Shown here piece after piece: positions 63,109-64,000 of a DNA stretch of 64,000 nucleotides. The position numbers were made by a program, and so were the translations under genes. The stretch lies in IMG/VR virus record IMGVR_UViG_3300045049_000270; one strand, 5' to 3'. The notes below the pieces were generated by a model. It made no database searches. It was given only the letters and a program-made list of their open reading frames with translations, and was not told the DNA's origin. Positions within the stretch are counted from its first letter, which is position 1. Each line of letters starts with the position of its first letter. This DNA comes from a virus (lineage: Duplodnaviria; Heunggongvirae; Uroviricota; Caudoviricetes).

Positions 63109-63963
63109 ATGAGAAAATACCTGATTATGCTTTTTGCGGTCATGTTGTCCGCATGCGGTGGTGGAGGTGGGGGAAGCTCTACATCTCCACCACCGCAACC
63201 TACTTCACAACTCAACGCGTGTGTGAGCAACACAAGTCCAACCGCATTCCAACATACGTTCGGCAATTTGCTCGAAGTTTCAAATGTCTGGGGTGCATCG
63301 AATGCTTCATCGTACAACGTTTGTTTGAACAACACGATTGATAATGCAAGTGGCAATATCACTGACCTTGAAATCAACTTCTCGGTCAACAATGTCAAGC
63401 AGACGAATCCATCACCAATCATGGCACCCCTAGTCATGTTCGGCCAGCAATATGGATACCCATCTTCAACCACAACGGTGTTACCAGCCCCAGCCGCAAA
63501 CCCTCCATCTCTGCCTGTGACTGGTACAGTCACAACAACGTGCGCAGCAGGATCAGCATGTGTATACGATGCAGGCTTTGATCTGTTCTTCAGCAATAAC
63601 GGCCAGGATATCAAGTCGATGACTGCGCCTGCGGCTGAGATTGCCGTATACACCGGATCAAGCGGCGGCTTTGGTGGTAGCAACACACCGACCACATCGA
63701 CAATTGATGGTATCAGTTTCGACATTTTCACCAATATTATGTCCGATAACAATGGTCACACATGGCACCTTGTGCAATATATTCCACACGGCAATGCGGC
63801 TATCACGAATCTTTCTGGTTTAAATCTTCGAGATTTTGTGATCGATGCACAGCAGAATCGCGATGCTACTATTACACCAATGACGCTCGATACGGTTGAA
63901 TTTGACACTGAAGTCATCAACGGATCAGGTATCACAAGCCTCAAGAATTACACGATTCAGTAG
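63109..63963 (+). CDS. Lipoprotein with glycoside hydrolase family 12-like domain
   Basis: Lipobox LSAC plus Gly/Ser/Pro linker; SNVWGA, GYPS, YDAGFDLFF, AEIAVY and VEFDTEV (two GH12-like catalytic Glu). Confidence 0.7.
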   Translation: MRKYLIMLFAVMLSACGGGGGGSSTSPPPQPTSQLNACVSNTSPTAFQHTFGNLLEVSNVWGASNASSYNVCLNNTIDNASGNITDLEINFSVNNVKQTNPSPIMAPLVMFGQQYGYPSSTTTVLPAPAANPPSLPVTGTVTTTCAAGSACVYDAGFDLFFSNNGQDIKSMTAPAAEIAVYTGSSGGFGGSNTPTTSTIDGISFDIFTNIMSDNNGHTWHLVQYIPHGNAAITNLSGLNLRDFVIDAQQNRDATITPMTLDTVEFDTEVINGSGITSLKNYTIQ

Positions 63964-64000
63964 TTGATAACCATGTTCGACTAGAGCGGTTTTGCAATCG

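Noticed and set aside
62889-63752. 287-aa minus-strand ORF and other long antisense ORFs (e.g. 4337..4906, 36799..37545, 43987..44553)
   Set aside because: They are shadows of well-supported plus-strand genes and have no RBS or motifs.
1-64000. Stop-codon reassignment (alternative genetic code)
   Set aside because: Known genes are full length in code 11, and TAA, TGA and TAG all terminate genes at sensible positions.

Overview
This window is a gene-dense, AT-rich segment of a large lytic tailed-phage genome, most likely a T4-related jumbo myovirus of a Proteobacterium. The support is T4-type TAAATA late promoters, sigma70-type early promoters, a type II topoisomerase subunit and gp23-like peptide motifs. 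It is an accessory and host-takeover region. Recognisable genes include ClpX, ClpS, Hsp20, IF-3, a TGT-like protein, CCA-adding enzyme, RNase H, a DEDD exonuclease, a PNK-like kinase, tRNA-Arg(UCU), a SleB-like hydrolase, a sugar epimerase, an NMNAT-Nudix/NAMPT NAD+ salvage pair, TraR/DksA, a DUF2828-like vWA protein and a GH12-like lipoprotein, among many small paralogous hypotheticals. The most notable unexplained signals are: (i) three covarying G-AUAGA-C pentaloop hairpins placed just upstream of the ribosome-binding sites in the NAD+ salvage locus; (ii) small non-capsid ORFs carrying major-capsid fragments, one matching the T4 Gol peptide; (iii) about 17 divergent proteins sharing a late 'D-A-x-x-(F/M)-K-L' helix; (iv) a dispersed bipartite non-coding repeat with conserved arms and a variable core; (v) a 10-12 promoter regulon with a position-invariant TTCATATGAA palindrome; (vi) an endonuclease insertion that left an orphan 5' gene fragment next to a replacement 5' end. 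All family assignments come from motif recognition by eye; no database searches were run.
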